A stretch of DNA of 62,000 bases from Malacoraja senta (Eukaryota), in contig CM075998.1 of assembly GCA_038087875.1 (NCBI GenBank), positions 124,001 to 186,000 of the forward strand, written 5' to 3'. Shown here piece after piece: positions 47,861 through 60,132 of the stretch. Made by a program: the position numbers and the translations under genes. Numbering within the stretch: position 1 is the stretch's first letter; each line of letters begins with the position of its first letter. The notes under the pieces are model-generated. The model was given only the letters and a program-made list of their open reading frames with translations. It was not told the DNA's origin and ran no database searches.

Positions 47861-49584
47861 CTCCACTCAGAACTGAAGGCGTACTGGACTGTCATGCGGA
47901 CATTAAAGACCCCCTCTCTGCTATTTTGAAGAACAGTGGTGTCCCGCACTATTTGTTCCATTATAATCTTTCTGAAGCGGGTTATCTGTCAACTTCACAT
48001 TGTAACCCGTGGGATCTTGCTGTGTGGAAATTGGCTGCCAAGCTCCCTGACTATATTTCAAAGGGACTTCATTGGCTGTAAGGTGTATTGGATAGAGAAA
48101 CAAGGAACTGCAGATGCTGGCTTACCAAAAGGTGCAAAGTGCTGAAGTGACTCAGTGGATTAGGCAGCATCTCTGGAGAACATGGATGTGTGACAATTTT
48201 GGTTGGGACTGTTCTTCACACTGTAGAAGGGTTCTGACCAGAAACGTCACCCATCCACGTTCTTGAGCTGCTGTCTAACCTGGTGAGTTACACTGGCACG
48301 TTGCCTTTTTTCTCATCTTTCCAGTGAGGTAGATAGTAGTTCAGCACTGCTCTCTGGTTGTGGTAGGATGGTTCAGTTGCCTGATAACAATATATTGGTA
48401 ATGGTGACCAGGCTGCCTTGTGTCGTTTGAAAACTGACCCCTCCAACAGTACAAAACTTCTTGCTGCTATATAAAGGGTACGGAGACTGCATGGCTTTTG
48501 TTACGCATCACAGTTAAGTTTGATCCTCCCGTCCATACCCTTATAAAGTTTGTTTCTGAAGGAGGAGAAACTCTCCCTGTCTATCTATAGTTACAATGTT
48601 TCAAATTGTACGGTAGCTGTTTAAGACTTGATGACACCATTGTGTTGCGCAAATCAAGTTGAGTACTGAGTGTGGATAAGGCAAGTGATCTATCTATCTG
48701 CCTGTTCCACTAATGCTCTTGTAATGACTTTCCCAAGTCCAGCCATAGAGGCGATGACGCATGGGGGATATGTTCTCGTTGTTTATCTTTGTGACCTATG
48801 GAGAGATGATGCCAGTGGAATTTGCTGGTTTGTTGCTCCCCTCCTTTAGTGTACATGTGCACATCAGAAGGCAGGGGTTTTGGTGACTGGAATAGAGGAG
48901 CAGTGAGAGGCTCTTGCAGCGACGTGAGGAGTAAGGGATGTTTACTTTTTCTGAATTCCTCTCCAGCCTTTGGCTTGCTTCCAACCCAGGACATATCCAT
49001 TATTTTTAATGACGACGTAGCTGCTGTCGTGCAGTGTGCTGCATAAAAGCAGCGTCCTGCTGGCTGCCTCTTTCACCCTGTTTTGCTTGGGCTGATGAGC
49101 GTTGAGTCGCTGAGCTTTCAACGTGACTGCGAGGTTTTTGCTTTTGAAAGGGGCCCTGTACGCAAACAAAATTGACTAAAAGAGTCTTCGGAAATGGTAA
49201 GATGCAGCGCAAGTGTGGGTTATTGGATACTGGGAGCTGAGCTTGACGAGAAGCAGGAGCACAAATCTTTAGTTGGGGTGATGTGGAACAGGAAGGTACG
49301 GGAACAAGCAAAGTTGGATTTGGGGTTCATGGCTTAACATTTGGGGTGAAAAGAGACTGAGTTCTGTTATTATTGAATGCAGTAAAAATAATTTCCTCCA
49401 AGTCCTTTAAAAAAAACTCTCAGTTCGACGATGTATTAACATACCAGGAGTGAGGATTTGAATGTGTTTCATGTACCTCACTTTTTGAAAGTTATTATTC
49501 TAAGTGGTGAAACTTATTGTAAGTAAGCACCGTCTTGCAGTTTTTCTTCCACCAGAACGTCCTGAGCCTGTTGCAGTATGAGCC

Positions 49585-49674
49585 ATGGGGTACGATGTCA
49601 ACCGTTTTCAGGGGGAGGTAGATGAAGATTTGATTTGCCCAATTTGTAGCGGAGTTTTGGAAGAACCTGTACAG
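49585..49674 (+). CDS. RNF41: RNF41 (Nrdp1) E3 ligase coding exon 1
   Basis: GCCATGG start; MGYDVNRFQGEVDEDLICPICSGVLEEPVQ, 90 bp, donor CAG|GTGAGT. Confidence 0.96.
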
Positions 49675-50221
49675 GTGAGTAAACACACAACTGTTTGGTT
49701 GGGGTGGTGGAGTTGGCAGTGAAGTGGCCTCTCAAATGGTCTAAAGGTCTAGCCCTGGCAAACTGCTCGGCTGTGAAACACCTTGCTTGAGGCACTAACT
49801 AACGCTCCTGTGAATCTTGCATGTTAAAGTTTGGAGCAACCTGATACAACAAATTGGGCTGCTTGTGCTTGCTTCTGATTTAATTTCTCTGTGTGTGGGG
49901 TGGGGGTGGGGGGGAGAGGAGGAGGAGAGAGGTTGTTTGAGTGAGTGTAAACTGTGTACGGGGAGGGGCTGGCTGTCCAAGCCTTCTGGCTCCGTGTTAT
50001 CTATTGATGCAGAGTCCGAACGACTGCAGCTGTGCTGCGTCAGAAATCTGCATCGTCAGGAGATGGGGGATGCTCTCAATGTTGCGTCGTCACATACCGT
50101 CTCTTGGCTGAGCAGAGGAAGTTTTAAATAGAAACCGAGTGCTCTGTGCGACATTACAGCAAATCAGCCAAAAAAAAATCAATAGGTTTTTCCACCCCTC
50201 TCCTGGGTTTGGAACAGAGAA

Positions 50222-50394
50222 TTTGTTTAAGAAGGAACTGCAGATGCTGGAAAATCGGAGGTCGACAAAAGTGCTGGAGAAACTCAGCGGGTGCAGCAGC
50301 ATCTATGGAGCAAAGGAAATGGGCAACGTTGCCTATTTCCTTCGCTCCATAGATGCTGCTGCACCTGCTGAGTTTCTCCAGCACTGTTGTCTAC
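50222..50394. mobile_element. Fold-back Penelope-end element
   Basis: Palindrome centred on GGCAACGTTGCC (50322-50333); 14-bp TSD TTTGGAACAGAGAA at 50208-50221 and 50395-50408. Confidence 0.85.
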
Positions 50395-50786
50395 TTTGGA
50401 ACAGAGAAGGCAAGTTAACTTTGAAAGCTCGGGCCCTCTGTTAAAACTAGACCAATGAGTCATTATTTATGGTTTATCCATGTCAACCACGACAATGCAA
50501 CGGTGTTGAATGTTACAGTTGAATATAGTGGCAACCGCGAGGTCAATAGAAATAAGGGGGTCCCCTGGAGGGGCTATGGTGGAGTGGTGAGTCTGGTAAA
50601 CTAGGAATCTCTCTGGGTTGATGCCCTGGCATCTTTGGAGATGTTACCCTCTGCCTCTAGAGAGGTGACAGTAAGCCAGGATTATTCCATTCTCTAGCCC
50701 TTTAAATCTATAAGCAGTACATATTTGTTGCATCGGATCACCTGAGCTGTTAGCTCACCGGATGTCAATAAATCAACCAATAAAAG

Positions 50787-51034
50787 GGCAGTGCAGCAGT
50801 AGAGTTGCTGCCTCGCAGCTCCAGAGACCCAGGTTCCATCCTGGCCACGGGTGCTATGTATATGGAGTTTGTACGTTCTTCTTGTGACCTGTGTGGGTTT
50901 TCTATGGGTGCTCTGGTTTGTAGGCTAATTGGCTCGGTATAATTGTAAATTGTCCCAAGTGTGTAGGATAGTACGGGGATCACTGTTCGGTGGGCCGAAG
51001 GGTCTGTTTCCCCACTGCGTCTAGAAACTAAACT
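50787..51034 (+). mobile_element. V-SINE with internal deletion
   Basis: A/B boxes, V core, AAACT tail. Confidence 0.8.
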
Positions 51035-52599
51035 GCTCCTCGTTGAGGAAGGCCAGTGTTGGCTGTGTGGTCACAAGGCTCTGGCCTTTTGAATTGAGCT
51101 TGCAATTTGTCCAAAATTTCTCGACCCGAAACGTTGCCAATTCCTTCTCTCCATAGATGCTGCCTCACCTGCTGAGTTTCTCCAGCATTTTGTGCCTACT
51201 TTCGATTTTACCAGCATCTGCAGTTCTTCCTTAAACTCCAATGAGTACAGGTCCAGAGCCATAAAACGCTCATCGTACGTCAACCTAATCATCCCCGCTC
51301 TTCAGTACATGCCATGAATTGGCTTTTTATTAACAACAGGAATTTAATACAATAACACTGTTACTCTGATTCAGGTTTATTTGGATTGATAGCGGGTAGT
51401 TCTAGTGATCTGCCATGAAAATCAATGACTCGAGGTACAAGGACAGCTTTAAGAGAATGCGGCTAATGTCAAAGCAATAGAGATAGATTGTGATTTCCAG
51501 TGAGAATGACCAGCCATTAGAGGGAGGAAGCTTTAGAATCTTTCCAGGTAGGAAGTTAATGTCCCTGTGTCTTTCTTTCCCCCCCCCCCCCCCCCATGGC
51601 TAATTGACGCAGCAATAAAAAATCATCATGCTAATTTCACTTTCTCTCCAGCCAACAATGCACCATTGTGGGCTCCACCTTTCCCGAGTCATGGATCTAG
51701 GTCTTGCTTTGTTCTGTACCTTCCCATACCTCCAGCGTCCCTCCCCTCCCTGTTTCTCAGTCTGATGAAGGGTGTCCTTTCCTCAAGAGATGCTGCCTGA
51801 CCCGCTGAGTTACTCCAGCTTTTTGTATCTATCATCAATGGTAAAATCAATACTTGCTTTTGAACTCTCCTGTTTTATCCCAGCTGTTGAGTTGCTGCTC
51901 CAGATTTTACTGGTTGGGGGATAATGAGGTGAGAATTTCACCCGGCTCAATGCCAAGTGAGCTATTGTGACATTGGCTTCATGGAGGTGAGGAGTGAGCT
52001 CTGTAGGGTCTCGGCTTCTTCTGTTTAGTCTATTTTCCCTCTCCCTTTCTCCCCCCTCTCTCATAAATCAGTATGTACTTTCCCGTGGTGTGTTGATTTA
52101 ATCCTAATAACAAAACAATGTCCTGCCTTTCAAAAGATTCTAATAGCATCTGTGGAGCTCTGGCACTTTGAAGCTGACTGCATCATTCAAAGTTGGCTCC
52201 TTGACAACACTGCAGGCTCTCTCCCCTTTAACCTTGAAGTTGATCAAAGCAGCTCTCACATCCGGCTGATGTTATTTTCGAACCTTGTGAAGAAAGTTGG
52301 TTTGGGGAGGCAGCACAAGTGAAATGTCTTCCATTTCTTCCTGTGTCGGCAACCTATACATGTGATCACATCACAGATTTACAGGCATATGTATTTATGA
52401 TAGTGGGTCAGTTTTATTGAGTAGAGCCCGAGTGCTTTTAAACTGGGTCGCTGCGGATGGGATTTCCAAGTGACTTGTGCTGCTGTGTGTGTTTCGGTTT
52501 AGTTTATTGTCACGTGTACCGAGGTACAGTGAAAAGCTTTTGCTGCGTGCTAACCAGTCAGCGGAAAGACTATACAGGATTACAATTGAGCTGTTTATT

Positions 52600-52984
52600 C
52601 GGAGCAAGATGGATCACTCCTGCTAAATGCAATGGGCTGACGTGTAGTACGCAACGGAGTGGAACGTGGGCCTTTATTTCATCCATTTCTGTACCTGACC
52701 CGACTCGCAGTGTAATCAACGTTGCGGGGGAACAGTTTGTGTTAATAAATTATAATTCTGAAAATGAGGAGAAGATTTTTACAAAGTAACTTTTATTTTT
52801 ACGAGGATGTTTGCGTAACTGGCTTCCGTCTCCGCACTAGTATCTTTGCTCCGCTACGGGATCTTTGGTGCGGAGACGGAAGCCGGTTACGGAAATGGGG
52901 CCGAAAATTACCCATGAATCTGCCCATGACCGTACTATGTCTTTTTCGTGGAGTGATCTATCTTGCTTGCTATAGGATCTTTGC
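52600..52984. mobile_element. Unclassified inverted-repeat non-autonomous element
   Basis: GCAAGATGGATCACTCC (~52604) vs GGAGTGATCTATCTTGC (~52950); internal 24-bp-arm hairpin 52815-52891. Confidence 0.6.
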
Positions 52985-53051
52985 TTTCTAGTGTATAGAT
53001 ACATGATAAGGGAGCGTTGGTTCACTTGCTGTCTCCTCTGCTTCCTCCCAG

Positions 53052-53323
53052 GCTCCGCACTGTGAGCATGCATTTTGCAATGCCTGTATCACCCAATGGT
53101 TCTCCCAACAGCAGACGTGTCCGGTGGACCGCAGCGTCGTCACTCTAGCCCACCTGCGGCCCGTTCCCCGCATCATGCGGAACATGCTGTCCAAACTGCA
53201 GATCACATGCGACAACGCCAGCTTCGGCTGCACCGCTGTGGTGCGGCTCGACCAGCTCACCTCCCACCACAACGACTGCGAGCACAATCCCAAGCGACCC
53301 GTGACGTGCGAACAAGGATGTGG
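53052..53323 (+). CDS. RNF41: RNF41 coding exon 2 (RING and zinc finger)
   Basis: APHCEHAFCNACITQWFSQQQTCPVDR...CEHNPKRPVTCEQGCG, 272 bp, CCCAG acceptor and GTGAG donor. Confidence 0.97.
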
Positions 53324-53344
53324 GTGAGTTCTATGGTGTGCAGA

Positions 53345-53850
53345 CAGTGGTGGTGTAGGAGCAAGGAACTGCAGATAGACAACAGAGTAACTCAACGGGG
53401 CAGGCAGCATCTCTGGAGAGAAGGAATGGGTGACGTTTCGGGTCGAAGCCCTTCAGACTGGTTAGGGAGAAGGGAAACGAGAGATATAGACGATGATGTA
53501 GAGAGATACAAACAATGAATGAAAGATATGCAAAAACAGTAACGATGATAAAGGAAACAGTGAGCTGTTTGTTGGGTGAAAACAAGAAGCTGGTGCGACT
53601 TGGGTGGGGGAGGAATAGAGAGAGAGGGAATGCCAGGGCTACTTGAAGTTGGAGAAATCAATATTCATACCACTGGGCTGTAAGCTGCCCAACGAAATAT
53701 GAGATGCTGTTCCTCCAATTAGCGTTTAGCCTCACTCTGACAATGGAGGAGACCTGGGACAGAAAGGTCAGTGTGGGAATGGGAAGGGGAATTAAAGTGT
53801 TTAGCAACCAGGAGATCAGGTAGGAACTGCAGATGCTGGTTTACCAACAA
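53345..53850 (-). mobile_element. Penelope-like 3' fragment of a second family
   Basis: Minus strand carries the end of a GIY-YIG region (EEQHLIF..GSLQPSGMNIDFSNFK) followed by a family B terminal module. Confidence 0.7.
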
Positions 53851-54804
53851 AAAGGACCCATGGGCTGGAGTACCTATTGGCTTCTTGATGACATACTTGG
53901 GAGCTGCCGAACAAGTGCATCTTAAATAGAAAAGGGGACCAAGTAAAATTCCAGAGCAGAACTCTTCCGAAGAAATATGTTTTTGGCCACATTGCGTCTT
54001 GAAGCTGTTATAGGTGCTTTAATTTTCAAAACTAACATTGCAAAATTATGTTCTTTGCGTCTACAGGGATGGGATGTAAATATTTAATAAAATGCACTTT
54101 AATTTGGAATGGACTAAAGCAAATGCCAAGCTTGTGCGTGAAGCTGGGGCTCTGAAGTGCCGGGGGGCTTGTCTCAATGCTGTGCTTCTGCAAGGAGTCT
54201 GTGCTAGTAGTCCACGGGGGAACAAACACAGGCATCACAACCTAATTCCTGTTTAAAAAGCCTTGTTGAATATGCGATTTATGGAGTAAAATATTCAATT
54301 AGTGCGCTGTGCATCAGACAATTATTCAAGCGCTGCTTTATCCAATAAAAGAGGGTGGACAGGTAGAGAAAGATCTTTAAATGTCAGGGCAATCGTGTCT
54401 CAATTTTGTGTGGCAGTCATTATTGTAGCCAAGTAACTTCCTTCGAGGTCATTTGTGACCAGCCTGGTCTTTTCTCGTCGCCAATTCTTCACCCTCACAC
54501 CCCGTACGCTCAGTCTGAAGAAGGTTCTCGCCCCGAAACGTCACCCTCACGAGACGTTGAATTACTCCAGAACTTTATGTCTACGGTGTAAACCAGCATT
54601 TACAGTTCCTTGTTTCAACAGATTAGTTGTCAAGCTTTTGCTGCTTGTGATTGTGTACATTGACCACTATTATCCTCTGCCCTTTCAAATGAGCACAATT
54701 AGAAATGTGACTTCAGTAACTTACAGGTTTGAACCTAGATAGTTCACTTTAGAAATGAGCTTGCTTTTGCTGTTTTACCAGTTTTTATTCTCACCGCCTT
54801 TCAG

Positions 54805-54940
54805 CTTAGAAATGCCCAAAGATGAGCTGCCGAACCACAACTGTATCAAACATCTTCGCACTGTGGTGCTTCAGCAACAAGGGAAAATTGCGGAGCTGGA
54901 GAAGTCTTCAGCTGAGCACAAACATCAGCTGGCAGAGCAG
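54805..54940 (+). CDS. RNF41: RNF41 coding exon 3 (coiled coil)
   Basis: LEMPKDELPNHNCIKHLRTVVLQQQGKIAELEKSSAEHKHQLAEQ, 136 bp, TTTCAG acceptor and GTGGG donor. Confidence 0.96.
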
Positions 54941-55659
54941 GTGGGTGCTTGATGCCAACGAGAGATCGTGGCTGAACTATCCCCAGGGCTTGTATTTTCC
55001 AAATTGTGGACGTCTATCTTGCACCTCGAGGACTGACCTCGATGACTGTAAATGACATCCTCCTTTTCCCTTTTTATTCTTCTGCTCCCAGGAAGTTTGA
55101 TCGATATAAATAGCACCACATCCCTCTATTCACACTATGTAAACGACCCATGTTTAAAATGGGTAGTTGCTTCTATCAACCAAAACACACAGACACAAAA
55201 GGCAAATAGTTCCAACTTCACATTTGTGTCTCAATGCTTTGTTTTGGGCTATGCTTGCTCATCTGTGTTCCCGCACGTGGAACAAACTCGTGCATGTTTT
55301 TATTTTTCTCTTCCCAATAGCCCAAAATTTGTTTGTTTGAAGATTAAATTGTGATTTGGCGACTTGGTGAGATTGAGGTTCATCAACGAGTTAAGCTGCC
55401 CACATGTGGGGCTGCAGGTCTGTGCCGTTCGTGGTGATCCCCCAGTAGCGTGTGGGTGGACGGATGAACTCTGGATCTGAGTAGACTCCAGTTCAAGGTT
55501 GTGTTTGCTGTCCAGTGTTGGCTGCTGTAAGACGCCATTGCACTTTGCATCAGTGTTGTAGGACAAACGCACACTGTGCACAGTCTAACTGGACCAATCG
55601 GACCCAGTTCCCTCGGGAGGTGTCACTGATCCTGATCAAATGAGTAATGTTATGGCCAA

Positions 55660-55840
55660 AGGTAGACAAAAATGCTGGAGCAACTCAGCGGGTGAGGCAG
55701 CATCTATGGAGCGAAATAATAGGTCGAGACCGGAAACGTCACCTATTTCCTTCGCTCCATAGATGCTGCCTCACCCGCTGAGTTGCTCCAGCATTTTTGT
55801 CTACCTTCGATTTTTTTCCCGCATCGGCAGTTCTTTCTTA
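55660..55840. mobile_element. Fold-back Penelope-end element
   Basis: Inverted arms; near-perfect 14-bp TSD AATGTT(A/C)TGGCCAA at 55646-55659 and 55841-55854. Confidence 0.8.
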
Positions 55841-57134
55841 AATGTTCTGGCCAATGTGTTTTCTGTGGTTGCTCTCCTACTGAGGGAGTTATAAATGACC
55901 TGTGACGTGCAGGGTGGAGTATGATCAACAACAGATGCTTTGCAGCATGGCGGCCTCTTATGAAGGAGCTTTATGAGGCTTATTAGTGAGGGAGCTGTAA
56001 ACCATGCACAGCGCACTAAACCTCTCGATAAACCAGTTCAAGTTCCACTGACTGTCCTCCATCGCAGTTAGAAATAATTGCGATTAGAATTAGAACCCCT
56101 GGATTCCTTCTCGTGCTCTTATAATGATTTTACTCCAGGTTTGCATTGAATCCAGCCTTCATGCAGCACTACAGGTATGCCAGCCGTCACTTACAAAGGG
56201 CAAGGTTTAATTTCCATCAATGCACCTGCTATAACTGACCTTGACTGTACATTCCAAGCTGCCTCTTGAAGACCCATGTAGAAAGGGCAGGTCCCTTGTC
56301 CAACTCCACCCGAAGAGATTACCTTGTATGATCCTCCATTATTCAGCCCCGGAACAACACACGTTCGGACTCCAGCTGGGCTGGTGTTAAAGGACCTATA
56401 TTTTGCATTGGAACTCGTGTTGGAGGGAAGGGTAACCATTCTCGATTGCTGTCGCCCAACCTTGACAAAACTATTGCATGGAAATTGGGAGACAGTCCTG
56501 ATATTGGTGCAGATTGATTTTGGAACAAGCTGCCGTCTATTGAAGGGGTGGGGAGATGTTGGGACTTAGTGGAGGTCGGGTGGAGCAGATGAGTGGGATC
56601 ACAGCTCGCAGCTTTTAACTGTACCTCTGTACACGTGACAATAAACTGAACTAACATGAAGAGCAGAAAGTCTACTTGAAGAGGGGAAAGAACATCTGTC
56701 AGAAACGACAGTAACTAATCCCAATAAAGGCAGGGTCATTACTTCAAAAATCCTCAGTGTCACAGTTGGATGCAAATGGTTTTTTCGCTAACGTCAGTGC
56801 AATCATTAGGCTTGATTGACAAAGGAATTTTATAATCTCCACTCAGGCTGAAAGTATACATACAATAAACCCTGGTTTTAACAGACCTCCTTTATAACGG
56901 ATATTGGTTATAGTGGACTGAACTGCTGACGGCTGCCCTGTGCCATCCCCGGCTCGTGCCGTTTACCAAGCCGGACCTACTACTGCCACCTGGCCCACAC
57001 AGCTTCCTCCACCCCCTCCAAGCTGTGCCTGCCACTGCCGACCCTTACCTCCGCTCCGGCTGCCCACAGGCCGCGACCATTGACTCCGCCAATCTTCGCC
57101 TCTCCCTGGCCACCAACTCACCTGGATTCCAGAC

Positions 57135-57712
57135 TGAGAGTCTGATGAAGGGTCTTCACCTTAAACATCACCTATCCATGTTTTCCACAGATGCTGCCTG
57201 ACCCGCTGAGTTACTCCAGCACTCTGTGAAACGTCACCTATCCATGTTCTCCACAGATGCTGCCTGACCTGCTGAGTTACTCCAGCACTCTGTGAAACGT
57301 CACCTATCCATGTTCTCCACAGATGCTGCCTGACCTGCTGAGTTACTCCAGCACTCTGGGAAACGTCACCTATCCATGTTCCGGCAGCATCTATGGAGCG
57401 AAGGAAATAGGCAACGTTTCGGCCCGAAACCCTTCCGGGTTTCGGCCCGAAACGTTGCCTATTTCCTTCAGGGTTTCGGCCCGAAAGGTTGCCCATTTCC
57501 TTCACTCCACAGATGCTGCCTGGCCCGCTGAGTTACTCCAGCACTCTGTGAAACGTCACCTATCCATGTTCTCCACAGATGCTGCCTGACCCGCTGAGTT
57601 ACTCCAGCACTCTGTGAAACGTCACCTATCCATGTTCTCCAGAGATGCTGCCTGACCCGCTGAGTTACTCCAGCACTCTGTCCTTTTGTGTGTCAACCAG
57701 CAACTGCAGTTT
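57135..57712 (+). repeat. 66-bp tandem array of the family B Penelope-end module
   Basis: GAAACGTCACCTATCC units start at 57228, 57294, 57360, 57550, 57616; interrupted by a rearranged family A piece at ~57385-57500. Confidence 0.8.
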
Positions 57713-58280
57713 GTTTCTGCTACGTACAATGATAAAATCATACTCTGTTATATTGGACAATTGGCAATTATGGACACCATTCCCACCCCTATGGTCCGTT
57801 ATAATAAGTGTTTACTGTCTGCTGAGATTAGGAGCAGTTCACATTGAAGCAGCCCTCAAAATCAAATAGTCAATCATATTAAGCGTTGCCCACTTGATGT
57901 GGAAAGCATTGAGGATATAGCCGCCGCTAACACTGCAGCAGAGAGAGAAAATACACATTTAACGGGACATCAAATAAATGTGGGAGAAAAAAGGTGGGGA
58001 GGGGGGGGTGGTGGAAATAAGATAAGAGTGGGAGGCTTGTGTGAAATGTAAACATTCAGCAAAGACCAATCAGACCTATTTCCATGCTAAATATTCCATG
58101 CACGTGCTTGTCAACGCTCATTTTTTAAAGGTTTTCTGCCAGTCCTTTTTGAAAAATATATCCAATAAAGAAAATTAAAGAATAAGCTGTGAGTGTTTCC
58201 AGCGACTCCGTCAGCATCTGCAAATAGGCTATTGACATTCATTGACGAACTCTGTGTGTATGTGTTTCCTTGCTTTACAG

Positions 58281-58384
58281 AAACGAGACATTCAACTTTT
58301 GAAAGCGTACATGAGGGCTATCCGCAGTGCAAACCCAAACCTACAGAACTTGGAGGAAACCATTGAGTACAATGAGATCCTAGA
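58281..58384 (+). CDS. RNF41: RNF41 coding exon 4
   Basis: KRDIQLLKAYMRAIRSANPNLQNLEETIEYNEILE, 104 bp, TTACAG acceptor and GTACG donor. Confidence 0.96.
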
Positions 58385-59879
58385 GTACGTTCCAGTTCCG
58401 TTTCTTGTCCTTTCCCCCTGTGCCTTGCACCATTCTATAGCTGAGTACGCACAGCTACTCCTGACATGTGTGGGAAATATGAGCCTTGAATCAATTTCAA
58501 AAGTGTTTTGTTCCATCACTAGGTCGGTATTTGACACTGAAACTTGATCTGAGTTTAAGGTACTGAAACAGGGGCTCCAATTAGACTCTCGCATGAGAAT
58601 TAAAATGGCGATGTTGGTACAATGATAATGGACTGTTTAATATAACTACAATAATGTATAAAGCAATGACTAGATGGCCTAATAATCTGGGTGGCTCATC
58701 CTTATCTCTAATTTGAGTTGAAGGTGCAGAAACCAGCTCAATCTAGACTAACGCTTCAGCGCTGCACAATTGGAGTTGCAATTTTTCAGGTGAGACAGAA
58801 TCTGTCTGGTGGAGATGGGTGGATGCAAGAGATCCCTTGAAAGAGTTTTGAAGAAGAATGGGACCTGGTCTTGCTCCACTTGCCAATATTGATCCCTCTG
58901 AATATCAGCACAACAGATTCTGACCAGCATTGCATTGCGTTTGTGAGATCTTGCTGCGCGCAAATCGGTCCCCATGTCGGTGAGTGCATTCAACACTACT
59001 TCATTGGCTGTAAGCTACTTTGGGCCATCCCCAGGTACTGGAAAGTGCTACAGAAATGCAATTTGCCAAGACAGGAGCATCAAGTCTGGGCAAGCGATCA
59101 ATACTGTACTGAGGGAGGGCAGGGCTGTCGGAGCTATCATCTTTTGGAAGATGTATTTAGCAGGGCACCCACCTGCCCCTCCCAATAATAAGGAGAAGGT
59201 GCCCTAGATAGACGCAGAGTGCTGGAGTGATTCAGCAGGACAGGCAGCACCTCTGGATGGAAGGAATGGGCGATGTTTCAGGTCGAGAAGGGTCACCCAT
59301 TCCTCCTCGCCAGAAATGCTGCCTGTCCCGCTGAATTACTCCAGCATTTTGTGTCTATCTCTGGTGTAAACCAGCATGTGCCATACCTTCCTGCACAGAA
59401 CTATGTATTGTAGCTGTATTTGGTGGTGGTGGGGGGGGGGGGGGGGGTTATCCTGGTGCTCCAGGGCCAATATTTACCCTGTGACCAACATTATCTGTTC
59501 ACTCTTTGTGGGAATTTGCTGTGTCTAATTGGCATCTGTTTCCTCCATTACATCAGTGACTGTACTCCTTAAATTACTATTGACTGTACAGTGCCTTAGT
59601 ATGACATGGGATCATAAAGGTGCTATATAAATGTATAAAGGGTTGTTTCAATGGATCTTGTGCCTGTGGCTCTGAAGGTGAATGTGCATGAATGACCTGG
59701 ATGCTTTTGCTCTTGTATTTAAAGGTTAAACCGCCCCTTTAGTAATTGTGATGGGCTTCACAACCGCAATTCTCACTGTTAGCTGGCTAGTACCTCTGTA
59801 CACGTGACGATAAACTAAACTCAACTAGTTTCTTAATGACTCCAAAAGGTTGTTTGAGTAAATGCAGTGACAAGTTGTT

Positions 59880-60132
59880 GGGGGTGGTGCAGCAGTAGAG
59901 TTGCTGCCTCAGTGCCAGACACTGGGTTTCATCCTGACTACGGGTGCTGTCTGTACAAAATTTGTACGTTCTCCGTGATCACGTGGGTTTCCTCTGGTCT
60001 CCTCCCACACTCCAAAGACGTACAGGTTTGTAGGTTAATTGGCTTTGGTAAAAATTGTAAATTGTCCCTAGTGTGTAGGATTGCTGGTCGGGGTGGGCTG
60101 AAGGGCCTGTTTCCACACTGTATTTCAAGTCT
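59880..60132 (+). mobile_element. V-SINE
   Basis: A/B boxes, V core, CR1-like tail. Confidence 0.8.

Noticed and set aside
49085..49165. CTGATGA...GAAAGGGGCCCTG resembling a host hammerhead ribozyme
   Set aside because: No proper G10.1-C11.1 stem II closure before GAAA, and the cleavage position would be G rather than H
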